A DNA stretch of 63,984 nucleotides, filler included, from Circinaria calcarea (Eukaryota): the NCBI GenBank assembly GCA_051942165.1. It is 4 parts of 4 records of this genome, joined end to end, with 100 filler letters (N's around TTAATTAATTAA, not from the genome) between each part and the next. Parts side by side here need not be neighbours in the genome. Positions count along the whole stretch, not along the records: positions 1 to 16,000 come from JAVECS010000340.1; positions 16,101 to 32,099 come from JAVECS010000341.1; 2 more parts are not named here. One strand, given 5' to 3'. The position numbers and the translations under genes are program-made. Below the pieces are notes generated by a model. That model was not told the origin of the DNA. It did not search any database and worked only from the letters and a program-made list of their open reading frames with translations. Positions 11,456 to 24,679 of the stretch are shown piece after piece (positions within the stretch are counted from its first letter, which is position 1; every line of letters begins with the position of its first letter).

Positions 11456-13124
11456 ATGGCAACGCACACCGATTCCTCGCAGGATACCCAGAGCCTAGAT
11501 GTCAAGCCGCACGACCGCAAACACTCCGATACCACAGTGTTTGGCAACGAGAATACGGATCTGGAGAAGGATGTGAGAGTCATCCCGGAAAATACCAGTC
11601 CCGCTGATAGCGATGACCCTTTCGGAGATGAGACGAATGCTGAAGTCAAGTATCGAGTGATGGCTTGGTGGTTAGTAGCGTCCATTCCAGATTCGGGCCC
11701 CTTTATACCTCCCGACTAACATTTTGTATCGCAGGCAAGCCGGCATGAGTACGTCTCTGTGTTTAACTCTGGTGGTTTGGGAGACTCACAGTGATAGTCA
11801 TGATCGCGGAAACCATCTCTCTTGGTATCCTTTCATTACCATCAGTCCTCGCCGCAGTCGGAATAATTCCGTAAGCTTTCCCGTGCTCTTTCAAAGAATC
11901 TATATAGCTGACAGGCGTCATTGGACAGAGGCGTGATTTTGATTATCGGGTTAGGGGCGTTAGCAACATACACCGGCTATGTGATTGGCCAATTCAAGCT
12001 TCGTTATCCGCGCGTACACAACATGGCAGATGCCGGCCAAATCATGTTTGGTCCTATCGGTCGCGAGATCTTCGGCTTTGCCCAAATTCTCTTTCTGGTC
12101 TTTGTCATGGGCTCTCATGTCCTGACTTTCACCATCATGATGAATACTCTTACCGGGCATGGTGCCTGTAGCATCATCTTCGCTGTTGTTGGGACGGTTA
12201 TTTGCCTCCTCTTCACCCTCTTTCGGAAACTCGGCGATGTTTCCTACCTGGCTATCGTATCCTTCATCTCCATTATCGGCGCAGTAATGATTACTATGAT
12301 CGGTGTTGGCGTCGAGCGTCCAGGAACTGGGGAAGTCGACGCTACAGTTCATACTTCGCTGTACAGGGGCTTTTTAGGGGTTACGAACATCATCTTTGCC
12401 TATTCAGGGCACGTCGCCTTTTTCAGCTTCATCTCCGAGCTCAAAGATCCGAAGACTTATCCCAAGGCACTGTATCTTCTTCAAGGATGTGATACTAGCA
12501 TGTATCTCATCGTTGCAATTGTCACCTACCGCTATGCAGGTGAAGGTGTTGCATCACCAGCCCTTGGCTCCACAAGCCCTCTGCTCGCCAAGCTCGCATA
12601 TGGAGTGGCAATTCCGACAATCATCATCGCTGGTGTTATCAACGGCCACGTTGCGGCGAAGTACATTTATGTGCGCCTTTTCCGTGGAACCGATCGCATG
12701 TCGAAAAAGTCGCTTTTCTCCTATGGCATGTGGGCACTGATATCACTGATTCTATGGACTATAGCGTGGATCATCGCTGAGGCGATCCCAGTCTTTAATG
12801 ATCTACTGGGGCTTATTAGCGCCCTTTTTGCGAGTTGGTTCACGTATGGGTTGAGCGGCGCTTTCTGGCTGTTTCTGAATAAAGGCCGGTACACCGAGAA
12901 TCGGAAAAAGATGCTGCTCACCGCCTTGAATACCACAATCTTTGCAATCGGGGCTTTTATCGTGAGTCTTTTTCTTCCTCTTCCTTGGTGTGTGTACATT
13001 AACCTCCGGCTTCCAGTGTGTTCTCGGCCTATACGCATCTGGCAGGTCCATCAAGGAAAGCGCTTCTGGGCCAAACAGTACAGGTGTTTTTTCTTGTGCC
13101 GATAATTCCAAGGCTTCTGCATAG
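11456..13124 (+). CDS. Neutral amino acid permease (Aa_trans/AAAP family, Mtr-like), multi-exon including a 14-nt micro-exon
   Basis: VKYRVMAWWQAGM, MIAETISLGILSLP, FAYSGHVAFF, IAEAIPVFNDLL; many TM helices. Confidence 0.9.
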
Positions 13125-14313
13125 GCGTTTCTTAGATCCGCGGGATAAAGTAAAAAATGAAGTCGAGGAGTCGAAAGATGGGTTTTACGGTCGGTATTGG
13201 ACATCGATACCGGCACTTCTTACAGCCCGAGTAAGACGGTTGCTCTTTTAGATTTTCAGCGTTTCCTAGACATTGCAATAGAGCCCGTTTGGACGGCCAA
13301 AGGGACTTGATTATGGCAATGGATGGATTCGACGAGGGTATAGAGACGAGGCCATCGGTTACACAGAGTGGTATAATCTGAATGAAGACTACGGTCAAAC
13401 TGATATACTGAATTTTTAATTCGGGACTCTCGTGATCAAGCTGTCACGTCCACCTTGTAGGAGTCGAAGATATAACCTACTCAAAGACTTGTTGTAGACC
13501 CGTAGTAATTCGGCTTCACCTCCCCTCTCATTTATGAACTCTTCCAACTCGCTCCGCCATTGTACACATAGCTCACAGCCCTGCACTGTGTTCCCCGATT
13601 CGAACCTCCCTTGGCGACGACTCGCGATACCGAGCTCGTATAAGCCTACCAATTAATGATGCGGTGACCTCCAGGTAAGGGTTTGTGAGTTTGAAGTAAG
13701 GCTGTCGAAGACCCTGAAAATCCCCGTGTTCGAATTAAAGGGGTTTTTATTGATTGTGGTGGTTTGATTGGTCGTGGTATTCCTTGCCGGAGGGGCAGGG
13801 GTGATTGCCCGGCTGATATTGAGGCCGGCCGGCAGTGCGAATATCTTTTACATGGTCCAGGCAAGGACGACATCTCCAGATACCGGCAATTGAGTGAGCT
13901 CTATAGTTCTCGGAGAGTACCCAATCGGATGGACCCGTAGCCGACCGTTTGAATTTTTGTGGGGAGTGACAGCTGCCCCTTGGAACTAAGCTGGGGCGCA
14001 CGGCCGAAGTGAGGGTGGAAAAGTAGACGGATCGGCTAAGCTTGCCGCTGGAGCCGTCAAAAGGTTCTCTATTTGCCGAACATCTTGCCTTTGACCGTCA
14101 TTGTTTGTTCAACCGAAATATCATCCCGTGCAGCTTCTGACGGGGGGGCTCTCACCGCCTTGCCGATTTGGGCCTCTTGCAACATGTCTGCTATCCCTAC
14201 GCTGCGACTACATATATTCGGGGGAGCATCCCTGGTGTTCCTCCCAAACTGCTTTCGATACCCTCATCTCTAGATGTATACATTGAGCACATTCTCTTCT
14301 CCTTAGATACACA

Positions 14314-15759
14314 ATGGCACACCCACAGCTTCATGTTGCAGTTGTAGGAGCTGGTCTGGGTGGGCTAGCAGCTGCCATTGGGATTTCCCAGGCAGGTCAC
14401 AAGGTCACCATACTCGAACAGGCACTTGCTCTGGGGGAAGTATGTGCCAAGACGGCTGATGCTCAGTTACAGTAACTGACAGATCCGTCAGGTTGGAGCC
14501 GGCATTCAGATTCCTCCGAATTCAACCCGGATACTTGAACGATGGGGCTTACTGGACAAGATAGAAGCTGTCTCTGTCCGTCCAAGGGACTTTATTCTTC
14601 GATCATACCATAATGGCCGCATCGTCTCGAAGCAAAACATGATTCCCTACGCGGAGAGACAATATGGAGTACCGTACTTGCATATCCATCGAGCAGACTA
14701 CCATAAGATCCTAGTAGCAGAGGCAAAACGCCTAGGAGTCACCATAATACTAGGCTCTACAGTCACGGATATTAACTTCGAGGAGCCATTGATATACCTC
14801 AAAGATGGATCGGCCTTTCGTGCAGATTTGATTTTAGGCGCCGATGGTCTCAAGTCTATATGCCGTGGGAGCTTTCTCGGCCACCCAGACCCTCCTTGTC
14901 TCACAGGTGACCTGGCCTATCGCATTATTGTCAAGGCCTCAGACGTGCGAAGGCACCCTGACCTGCGCGAATTGGCCGAGAAACCGGCAATCAACTACTG
15001 GATGGGCCCAGACTCACATGCAGTTTGTTACCTGCTGAAAGGGGGTGATCTCTACAACATCGTGCTCATCTGCCCGGATAATCTACCGGAAGGGGTTACC
15101 ACGGCGAAAGCAGACGTGCAGGAGATGCGGAATTTCTTCGAGAAGTGGGATCCGAAGCTGAGGACACTACTCGGCTTGGTGCAGGAAACCAGTAAATGGC
15201 GTCTACAGAACAGTACGGAAATGAGGACCTGGAGTCATCCGAGCGGCAAGTTTGCACTAATGGGGGACGCCTGCCATGCTACTCTACCTTATCTGTTCGT
15301 TTCTCTTTCCCTTGTTTCACTTATTGGGACCTTCTCACCCGCGTCGGCTAACAACTCTCCCAATTTTTCAGAGCTCAAGGTGCCGCTCAAGCAGTCGAAG
15401 ATGGCGCCGTTCTTGGCGCTCTCTTCGAACGCCTCACTTGCCGGTCCCAACTACCAGATCTCCTCACCATCTACGAATCCCTTCGAAAACCGCGTACCAC
15501 GCTAATCGTCAAAGGCTCCACTGCCCTCCGGGACATTTTGCACATGCACGACGGCGAGCAGCAGCGTGAACGAGATCGGCAGTTGCTTGAGGAGAAGCCT
15601 TTTGAAGGGTATCCCAACCCGTGGGCGGACCCTGTTTTCCAAGAGTTTCTATTTGGCTATGATGCGGAAAAGGAGGTCGAGGCTGCTTGGAGGATGTATA
15701 TAGGTGGGATGCGCCCTCCTGATAGGAAAGTGGACGGTTCGGATAGGCCGAGGATGTAA
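14314..15759 (+). CDS. FAD-dependent monooxygenase (salicylate hydroxylase-like), 3 exons
   Basis: VAVVGAGLGGL Rossmann motif, EVGAGIQIPPN, IHRADY, GADGLKS, GDACHATLPYLAQGAAQAVEDG. Confidence 0.92.
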
Positions 15760-16000
15760 AGGAGGAGTAGCAATATTAATGGGGCTGGTATAGGCATGAA
15801 AGTAGATACGTGGATTGATAATTGATAGTGACGGATAATCACATCTTCATCCTTTGTTCTACAGATTAGATTGTGCTCCTTTGAACACACAAGGGAGAGG
15901 GATTCGGGCATCAAAAAACTCTACCCTAATCCATAGGGTAGGAGGTGCTGGCTACTGAAGTTCCTAAACTCTCCCCGCCCTCCTTCCCTCACTCTTCATC

Positions 16001-16100
16001 NNNNNNNNNNNNNNNNNNNNNNNNNNNNNNNNNNNNNNNNNNNNTTAATTAATTAANNNNNNNNNNNNNNNNNNNNNNNNNNNNNNNNNNNNNNNNNNNN
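16001..16100. other. Artificial contig spacer
   Basis: 44 N + TTAATTAATTAA (stop codons in all six frames) + 44 N. Confidence 0.98.
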
Positions 16101-16136
16101 AGGGAAAGGAAGGGAAAGGGGGGGGGGAATCGTACG

Positions 16137-16846
16137 TTTGCGACGTCGGATTTGGAGACTAGGCCTTCTCTTGCGAGTTCGAGGTTAACAGCCAAGAGGC
16201 CCCGGACCGCTTTCATGAGGGAGACGCTCTGATCTTGGGTGAAATCGCCCTTTTCAAGATCTTTGACGAGACTATAGGCGTCGAAGTGGTGGACGTACGG
16301 CGGTGCGTGTAGGTGGGGCTTGTGCTCTTCTTTCGTGGCAGAGATCGGCGGCTCAAGATGTAATACTGTTTCCAGAGGTTTGCTTGCGCGGTCTTGCTTA
16401 CTGCTAATCGAAATCTCCCTTAGGCGGGAGGCCTCCGCTTCCAGCTCCGCCGGGCTTGAAGCTTTCTTAGGGGATGGTACTGGAGACATTGAAGGAGTTG
16501 CGTCCTGAGCGGACCGCTGTAGGGACTCGGTGGCCTCTTTCGGGGAGCTTTCCCGCGCTTTCTTCTCTTCTTCTTTTCTAGCTGGGGGACTCGGCCTGTC
16601 TCCAACGCTAGGTGAAGTTGGATTGCTCATTCCGGCTCCACTGGCCAGGGGAGGAGGTGCTTGCTCGGCGGCGGGGCCATACCGTTGAGCGTAGGTTTCC
16701 TGCCTACGCTTGACGGTGTTGTGGAAGCCTTTGCGATTGGAGTCTGAGCTTGCCTTAGCGACTTTCCGAAGAGCAATTGTCGCCTCGGGCGATTGAAAGC
16801 TCCGAAACAGAGGAGGGTAGAGGAATAAAAGCCGTGGGGCGGACAT
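16137..16846 (-). CDS. DUF1640/CCDC90 (MCUR1/Fmp32/Put6-like) mitochondrial protein, first exon only, truncated by contig end
   Basis: Presequence-like N-terminus; PPYVHHFDAYSLVKDLE..FTQDQSVSLMKAVRGLL; then a GTACG donor running into the gap. Confidence 0.8.
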
Positions 16847-17683
16847 GATTGCTGGCTTACTCGAATTATGGGGAGGATTTGAGATACATCTGTAGTTAGA
16901 GATTCACAATCGATCTCGGCTAAATGCTCGCCTGATCCCTACAACTACAGAATTAATTGAGGTCTAGAAACGTCAACATAGGCTGCTTCGGATTACCACA
17001 AGGCCATCGTGTAGTCAGTATACTCTTAAAGGGCCTTGTGGGAGGGAGAAATCCTTTTTTCAGTCATTACAAGACATTTATCTAAAATCACTTAACAATC
17101 ACACCCACACATAAGACTTACAAGACATGCCGGTTTTCGGATTGTTTTCCTACTAAAGGACGCCACATACGCACATTCTACCCCATGGTCACATTTCTCC
17201 AACCTTGCATGTGACGCCGAATCAAGCATCATGTTAAACAAATACACTAGACCGGTTAAACGCTTTTGAATCCAAAAGATAGATGCAAGAGGCGAGAGGA
17301 GAGAAGAAGTAAAGAGAGAGGCGGGAGCTTGCAGTTGTTGATGATGGCGAATCGGTACGCCGGTGGACTAAAGTTTTCATAGGTGGAGATCCTGGACTCG
17401 CTATGAACTCTGTTCGGACTAAGAGATTCATTCCGTTAGAGAGGATCGGGGGGAAATGATGGTACGTAAAGAAATAACGCAGGTATCCTGAAGCAGGAGT
17501 AGAAGACTTACGAGAAACCTGAAGGGTTGGACATAGTACACAAGTTTGTAGAATATAGTACATGGACGGATAAGTAAGGGAAAACCCGCAAAAGGGGCTG
17601 TGCGAGAAAGCTGGAGGCATTCGAAGGTCTCCGAGTCCCTCATGGTGCAGCCATGTTATGGCTACTCCTCTTTCCTTTCTTGC

Positions 17684-20600
17684 TCACTTTCCCAGAACAA
17701 CCTTCTGGCTCCCCTCCTCCATTTGATCCTGCTCCTTCCTCCACCCCCTCCCATGCTGACTCATACTTCTCAACTTTTGCACGTAGTAACTTGCCGCCGC
17801 GTTCTCCTCTCCCTCCTCCTCGCTATGATCCAGTTTCCTCTTCCGCCGTAGCTGGCAAGCTCGATATAAGCTCCACGCTGTACTTTGCTTCGTAACCTCC
17901 GCCAAAGAGTACTCGATGGACCACTTGTCTTCTGGTGTCAACCCATCAGGGCGGAGGATGTAGCGATCGTTGACTTTGTTGCGGATGGTAAGAGTCATGG
18001 CGAGGAGGTCGGGGGAGTTCTCCGCGGTTTCAGCGGATGCTTGTTCGCGGTCGATTTGGTCGAGGAATGTAGAGTCAGCTTGAGTCTCAGACTCCTTGGA
18101 CCGTGCAGCGAGTACTTGGGCAGGTGCATTGCTAGGGTGCGTCTGTTCGTTATGTGTGCCAGGAGTGTCCACCGATTTTGATTCCAGGCTCCGAGACTCC
18201 CTGGTATTGCCATCGTCGTTATCCTCCGGAGGCTTTACCGAAATTAAAGAAGTTTTGTCAACTGAGCTTTCGGCCGACGACGTAGAGTCTTCCATGACTT
18301 CAGTGACTGGATCTGAACTCTGTTGGGTACGAGAACCCGCATCTTCCAACTGTTGCTGCGTATTCAACTTTTTAATTTCTCCCTTGTTGCTTTCATGTTC
18401 TCCTTCAACTTCATATCCTTCTTGCTCTTCTTCCATCTCCTCCTCCCCTTCTTCCTCATCCTCATCGTCTTTCTCTTTCTCATCTTCCTCATCCTCTTCA
18501 TCTTCTTCATCTTCCTTATCCTCTTCATCTTCCTCATCCTCTTCATCTTCCTCATCCTCTTCGTTCTCACCATCCTGCTCTTGCTCTTCGTCTTCTTCCT
18601 CTTGGTCAACCACGTCTTCCTCCTCCTCACCCTCATTATTTTCCAGATCAGTGTTCCCAGCTGCGGTGACGTTGAGAGAATGATCGCCTTCTACTGGGGT
18701 TTCCCCGTTTTTCTCCTCGTTCTCGCTTTTAATCTCTTCACTTTGGGCAATGCGGTCGACTGTGGAGATTTTGGATTCAAATTCAGTCCCTTCATCCATT
18801 TCGCCCATGGATCTTTCATCCTTTTCCATAGCTTCTTGCACTTCAGCTTGGATGTCCGCCCATTTGTTATCCTCCTCTAAATCATCCGAGCTAACAGAAT
18901 CTCTGTTCAAGCCCAGTATATCTCTTTCAAATTCCTCTAGCTTTGCATCATTCCGGGACTGTAATTCCTGGACTTGCTCTTCCGTCACTGGTTCAGCGAA
19001 GACGTACATGAAAGGTGTTTGGGCATCCCGGGTCTCGAAATGTATTCGAAGTGACTTCACAGATTAGCTCGTGCAATTTAAATATTCGCCATAATCAAGA
19101 TACCTTTTCTGGGAACCTCTTCGTCGCTTTGTCTAGAATATTATTGAGGAGTTCTAGGCTCAGTTTGAATTCTTGGTCGCCCACCGTAGTGTCCGACTGC
19201 CCGTGAAGGGCAGCGTCCATCTCTGGCAAGCTGACGTATTGAAATCCGAAAATTCTTTCCGTATTGTGGAAGGCTACAAATATACCATCCATCCTACCCA
19301 TTCTAACCTGAAGAGAATACTTAAGAAAGGCTGACCGAATCATATCATAGTATTCTCTCTCAAACGATTCCCATTCACCAAATCGAGTTTTGATTTCGTA
19401 GCCTGAACCCTGCTCGAAGTTTTTAGCATCCATACGGATTGAGACAACCGCCCGTGTCTTGAGATCGAACATGCCTGTTCCTGGCAAGCGAGGATCGTGA
19501 GCGTCCAGTTGAGACCGCATCAGAAAATCGCCCATGGTGGAATAGTGGAATGATTCCGGTGCATTTCTCTCTTCGTCGGAAATCTGTCCAGAATTCTTCT
19601 TGCGATATCTTTCAAAGTCTTCCGTACTGAGTGTCAAAAGCTTCTCCATAGATTTCCCCAACATACTCAGTATATTTGCTGACGCAAATTCCTTGTCGGC
19701 ATCGATCGCATACGTTCCATCTTTCCATCGCAGGAATATGGCTGAAGGACACTGTTGCAGAAGTGTGAAAGACCTGAGTTTATCAGGAAAGCCCTGAGAA
19801 AGCATACTAGTATTAATCTCGCGCCATTGTGAGAGGAGAAAATGAAAGTGCGCCAGAGCTCCAGTCATGCTCGAAGTAGACCCCACATAGCGCTTGCAAT
19901 TTGCTTGAGCAATTTTCTCAAGAGATAGATCTCTCGAGGACGTTATGTACTCCTTCAGTGCGTTAAAATCAAACTCGGAGACGGGCATGATGTTTTGAAG
20001 ATACGGATCGAAATTGTAGACTCGAGACCTTGGATCTTGAAGATGGTACACGCCCGGACTATCACGATGTTAGCCGACACCTTGCATGGTTTCAAAAGAT
20101 TACAGACTTGAATAGAACTCTTTCGAGGCCATATGATAAACATGGTACCGGTGGTTGCTGAACATCGAGAGCTGTTGAGCTGTAAGTAGATGACAAGACG
20201 CATAAGGGCAAAAGGTTTCGAACGTGAGATATCCAGCGCTTTAGCTTCAATTTCCTCAATCGCATTCTGGGTAGTCTTGCCCGAGCCATTTTTCTTGAAC
20301 CGTAGTAGCGCGGTCTGTAGAGATTCATGGCCTGTGACTTGGTCAAATCTAGGAGATTTGGCATTTGTGGTGTCCCTAAGTACGGAAGTACGGCGTGGCA
20401 AGTGGACTTTGTACTTCGGACCCTTGGGAGGCTGCATAGCTTTGTCCTTCGGACCCTTGGGAGGCTGCACAGCTTTGTCCTTCGCAATCAGTGAAGCTTT
20501 ATGCGCGGCCAACTCTATCTTGAGCTTCTGGGCAAGCAGTCCTGGTGGAGAAGAATCACGAGGTGTAGACAGGTTCCTAAATACCGGCTTCTCTAGCCGA

Positions 20601-21454
20601 TCCATACTTATGGTCTTCCTGATAGGCAACTGTGTTGGAGTCTCTCGGATTAGTTCCCTTGTACTCTGAACTTGTCTAATCTTCTCCCGGACCCTTTCCG
20701 CAATTGACTTGCTGCGTGTCATCCGTAGTCTTCTTGTATTTGGACTTGGCAGCGACAGCGTGGGTTCTTTACTGTCCGCTTCTTTCCCCTGTGCCTGCTC
20801 GTTCGTCTTGATGGACTTAGCTGCTTCACGTTGAGTGTTGTTGTCGTCGTTAGGTCTAGACTTTATCTTCTTCTTCAACTTGGGCTTCGCCGCCTCACTG
20901 CCTTTAACATAATCGGCGAGGCGGTCATTCGCGCCGAGATCCTGGGTATCGACATCTCCAACCTTCGGCCTTTCTTCACGTTGAGTGTTGTTGTCGACCT
21001 TAGGTCTAGGCTTTTTCTTCTTCTTCAACTTGGACTTCGCCGCCTCACTGCCATTAACATGATCAGCGAGGCGGTCATTCGCGCCAAGATCTTGGATATC
21101 GACATCTCCAGCTTTCGGCCTTTTGTCCGTAGTCTTATAACTTTTGGCGTCCGGAATTGTTTTAATTGCTGGCTTTGGCTTGACCTTGTTAATTCCCTCA
21201 CCATGGACGGGACTCGGAGATTTGTTGGTTGGCTTGTAGACCTTCTTCTTTTTCTTCCTCGACCTCTCTTTCCAGTCGTTATCGCGACCTCCATATAGCG
21301 CTGCCGCAACTGAAGGGTCGGGAGTTGGGTAGACGGGCGAATAATACCGACGAGTTTGTCGCCAATTGCAAGAATAACTTGGTCTCAGTAGGCAGGACAG
21401 GCAAACAAACCCATTGTTTGGCTTAAGAGCACTTTTGATAGAATTGATATTCAT
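17684..21454 (-). CDS. PET127: Mitochondrial RNA 5'-processing protein Pet127, 4 exons
   Basis: VPCLSYGLERVLF, YHLQDPRSRVYNFDPYL, LMRSQLDAHDPRLPGTGMFDLKTRAV, QVRMGRMDGIFVAFHN. Confidence 0.93.
18425..18630. repeat. Coding trinucleotide-type repeat encoding an acidic E/D tract in Pet127
   Basis: Repeated tcttcatcttcctcatcc units; EDEEDEEDEE in the protein. Confidence 0.85.
20825..21123. repeat. 150-nt coding tandem duplication (2 copies) in the Pet127 N-terminus
   Basis: ttcacgttgagtgttgttgtcg at 20825 and 20975; tcgacatctcca at 20949 and 21099. Confidence 0.9.
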
Positions 21455-21971
21455 TCGAATTTTCCAGAAAAAAATTGGATGAATGACCCTGCTTTGAAGG
21501 ACAACGTTGGGTTTTTGGAAAGATTGAAAAAAGTCGCGGGCGCGCTCACGACCAGGATCTTTGGATATGGGCTAGTCCCAATGCCGACTCTTAGTACGAA
21601 GTCCATATTTATTAATTTGATTACCCCCGTAGGAAGTGCTGGCCGTGATGTTTCACGACTGACTTCAATATGTTGAAGAGTCATTTAATTTTTCTAACTC
21701 CTTTCACAATACTACAAACCAAAATAGGCTACGGTCTCAAAGATATCGTTTTGCATGTGATTTTTGACAGAAGCCGATTACTCTCACCATTTAAATGGTC
21801 CATCTCCTCCATACAGCGCCTATTCTGACGTTTCATCGCTGATGCAAGGTGTTGTATACCACTACCAAACTTAACGCCTGAAGGAACAAGCCCATTGCTC
21901 CTGCAAACCAGCCCAGCCACGCTAGCCACTTAGAATAACCTCGCTCATATCCAAAGCTAGAATGAAGCTAC

Positions 21972-22679
21972 TTATAAAGCTAGATTGTAGGTGTAGTCAT
22001 CTTCCATGTTCTGAGATACCCATAATACGACGGAACTGGGAACGAAGTTAGTCGTAAGCCTGTGACTGCACCCATATGCCTATAGTCGACATACCTGAGC
22101 ATAATCAAGCCGTTCGCAATGACATTCGCAATACCAAAATATAATGTAGGGAAAGGGTAGTCATTCACGACGTATTTGAGCACGAGAACAGCCTGAGGCG
22201 ATTACATTAGCAGTTGGATTCTACAATCTCTTGTCAGTCGTTACTCGTTAACTCACCACTGAACCAGCCAAGCCACCGGCCATCAGGGCAAACCCGAAGA
22301 ATAGTACCAGCCGTGCCTTCCAGGCGACCCCTGAGCCCGAATAGCTGTAGCTATCGGCGCTCAATCGCGTTTTTTCTATCGAGTTGATGACGAGCATACC
22401 CAGTGCCGAGCAAATGCCTGGTATCCAGTCAACGAATTTGATGTGCACGGTAGAGCCATTTCGGTTGGAGTGAGAGTAGGTCGAGGCGTCGATGAAGAAG
22501 AAGAAGCCAAGTGAGAACTAGGGAGAGTGGTTGTCAGCGTTAGCCTTTTTGCAAGAAAGGCGGAGTGCGGTTGCAAGGGACCTTACCAATGCACCAGCAA
22601 CATATACGCCTGCTGTCCTCGTGTTGGGACTACTCATCCACTGTGGTTTAGGGAAGCGGAACAACCTGTGACTTGACAT
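21972..22679 (-). CDS. VPS68: Vacuolar protein sorting protein 68 (UPF0220), 4 exons
   Basis: RTAGVYVAGALF, FVDWIPGICSALGMLVINSI, AWKARLVLFFGFALMAGGLAGS, WVSQNMEDDYTYNL. Confidence 0.93.
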
Positions 22680-23359
22680 GTTGCCGGCTTGCGCGGAAGA
22701 GTATATATGAATCGCGTTTTTTTCAGAACAGTGTAGAGAAGGGTACGAAGGTCTGCAATATCTATCGTTACCCAAGAGTTCTTTGGTGCTATAGGTAGGT
22801 TGCCTAGTCTCCGAGTGAGCCAGTATATCTCGAGAGGGTGATCAAGTACGGGAAGTAAGCGCGCGTCTCATCAAGCGAAAGCGGCAGTGCGGCGACCTCG
22901 AGCCTCTCCCGATTTGGATCTATTTACAGTCTCTATCAGATTGCCACTAATGGCTCCTGTATGCTACGTTTGCTGCAGAAGCAGAGTCTCTTATACACCA
23001 GTGATTTATATTTGTGACCTTCAGTTTGAGATTGTGAGCAAGAAAGTGGTCACAGAAGCAAGTAATGTCCAGTGATACCTCGACTATTTTAGGCATGAAA
23101 GAGCTCGGCAAAATCTTTATCTCTTCTGATACATGCAATCATAACGAGGAGAAGCTATGTAGCTCGTTAGAGCAACATCTGGCCCTGGTTCACAACCGCA
23201 TAACTGCCCCACAGATTCGTGCCAAAGCCCCGATGGAAGGTAGTATCTGCGCAAGCATCTCACACCATATCAATGACCCATTCGACTGCCAATGTCGACT
23301 CGACATCATCCCAAGTATGCAGGTGATGTCTCCAATGTTCAGGCCTTGTAAGTCCAACC

Positions 23360-24679
23360 CTAGCTCTCCTCTTTACTGACAACCGCCTTAGCTGGTGCAA
23401 GTGGCCTATGAAAGCTGACAAACCCCTCGCCAGCATAGTTCAGGAATTCGTCGACCGCTGAGAACTGCCAGATGCGGCGATGAGCCTTTTCTACCTCCTC
23501 CGTTTTCTCGCCAACCTTGACAACCTGCTTCTCTACCCAATCCTGTTGCACCTTCACCTTCACCACATTCTTGAGTTGCATCAATGGCAATAACATCTGG
23601 CGTCTCGGATCCTGGCTACCAAGAACTCCCCCTTCCCATATGTAACTGTCAATTGGAGGATTTTTACCAGCATGTTTGCGCTCAGCCCATTCAAGTTGCT
23701 GCCTATCCAAAGGCAGATGTACCGGTACTTGGGGTGTGTAATGCTGGCATGGCTTTGCCCTGCGATTGAGATGAACTTCCATCATAAAGAGATCACCACA
23801 ACGATGTTTCTGCCACCTCGCACCATGCTCCTTAACAGTAACGCGGAACACTTGGAGTTCTGGAAACTGTTCCCCTTGACGGCTGCAAATTAAATCGAGT
23901 GTAGAGCCGTACCAAGCGCACATGTCATCCAATTCTAAATAGTTCATCCATGTGTCAAGAAGGAGATCTCCTGTCGGAATAGTTGGACCTTCACCCAGAA
24001 GCATCAAGGGGGCAATGTGAATCTGTGCATCAAGGTTCCTGATGAGGTGGGTATAGCGATGCTCGAGATTTGCCATAGGTGGGGTGCGAATCCCGGTAGC
24101 TGGGTTCTCCTGATATGACGGACACAGAGGCCACTTGGTGGGCGGATGTAATTCCAAAGGAATCAATGGCCAAGCAGAATCATCGATAGCAAAAGTGGTT
24201 TCGCTATACAAGATGCGACTTCCTTCGTCCAGGATCTGCTTGCAAGTCCACAGAAGCTTCCGATCGAGCGGTGATTTGTCGCGGATAGTGTCAAAGCCAC
24301 AACCCGAACAATGGAGTTTCTCTGTTCGCGGAGCAATGGGATCTTGATTGCAGAGTGCAAGCCGATAAACCTGTAAGTACAACGTTAACATTATGCCGTC
24401 TTCTCAAATTCCATCCAAAAGCTTGCCCTGCACCTGTTTCACCAGGAGAAGGAAGCTTACTTCATCTCTTAGTTCCTTTGGTAAACTCAGGAATCGGAAA
24501 GGTACCTGCATCTTCCTCTTGCGAATCCGAGAGACTAGGTTAAGAATGTTTCCCTTGGAGAACCTTTTCGAGAGCTTCCTCACGAATGAAGCCTCTGATC
24601 CCGTCAACTTCCTCCCACGTTCCCTTGATGGTACCGTTTTGGTCAACGGACTGGGACTGGAAGATGATCGTGGAGACAT
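23360..24679 (-). CDS. Hypothetical protein with an F-box-like N-terminal motif, 2 exons
   Basis: FRFLSLPKELRDE|VYRLAL joined across a GT-AG intron; LLWTCKQILDEGSRILYSETTF, a pattern common in fungal F-box-like hypothetical proteins. Confidence 0.72.

Noticed and set aside
13590..13615. GGTTCGAATC (tRNA T-loop/B-box-like) on the minus strand
   Set aside because: Flanks do not form a T-stem or cloverleaf
16045..16056. TTAATTAATTAA as a biological palindrome or repeat
   Set aside because: Embedded in N-runs and identical at all three junctions; an assembly linker
18096..18880. Poly-Ser and Phe/Leu/Ile-rich ORFs
   Set aside because: Antisense readings of the Pet127 acidic repeat
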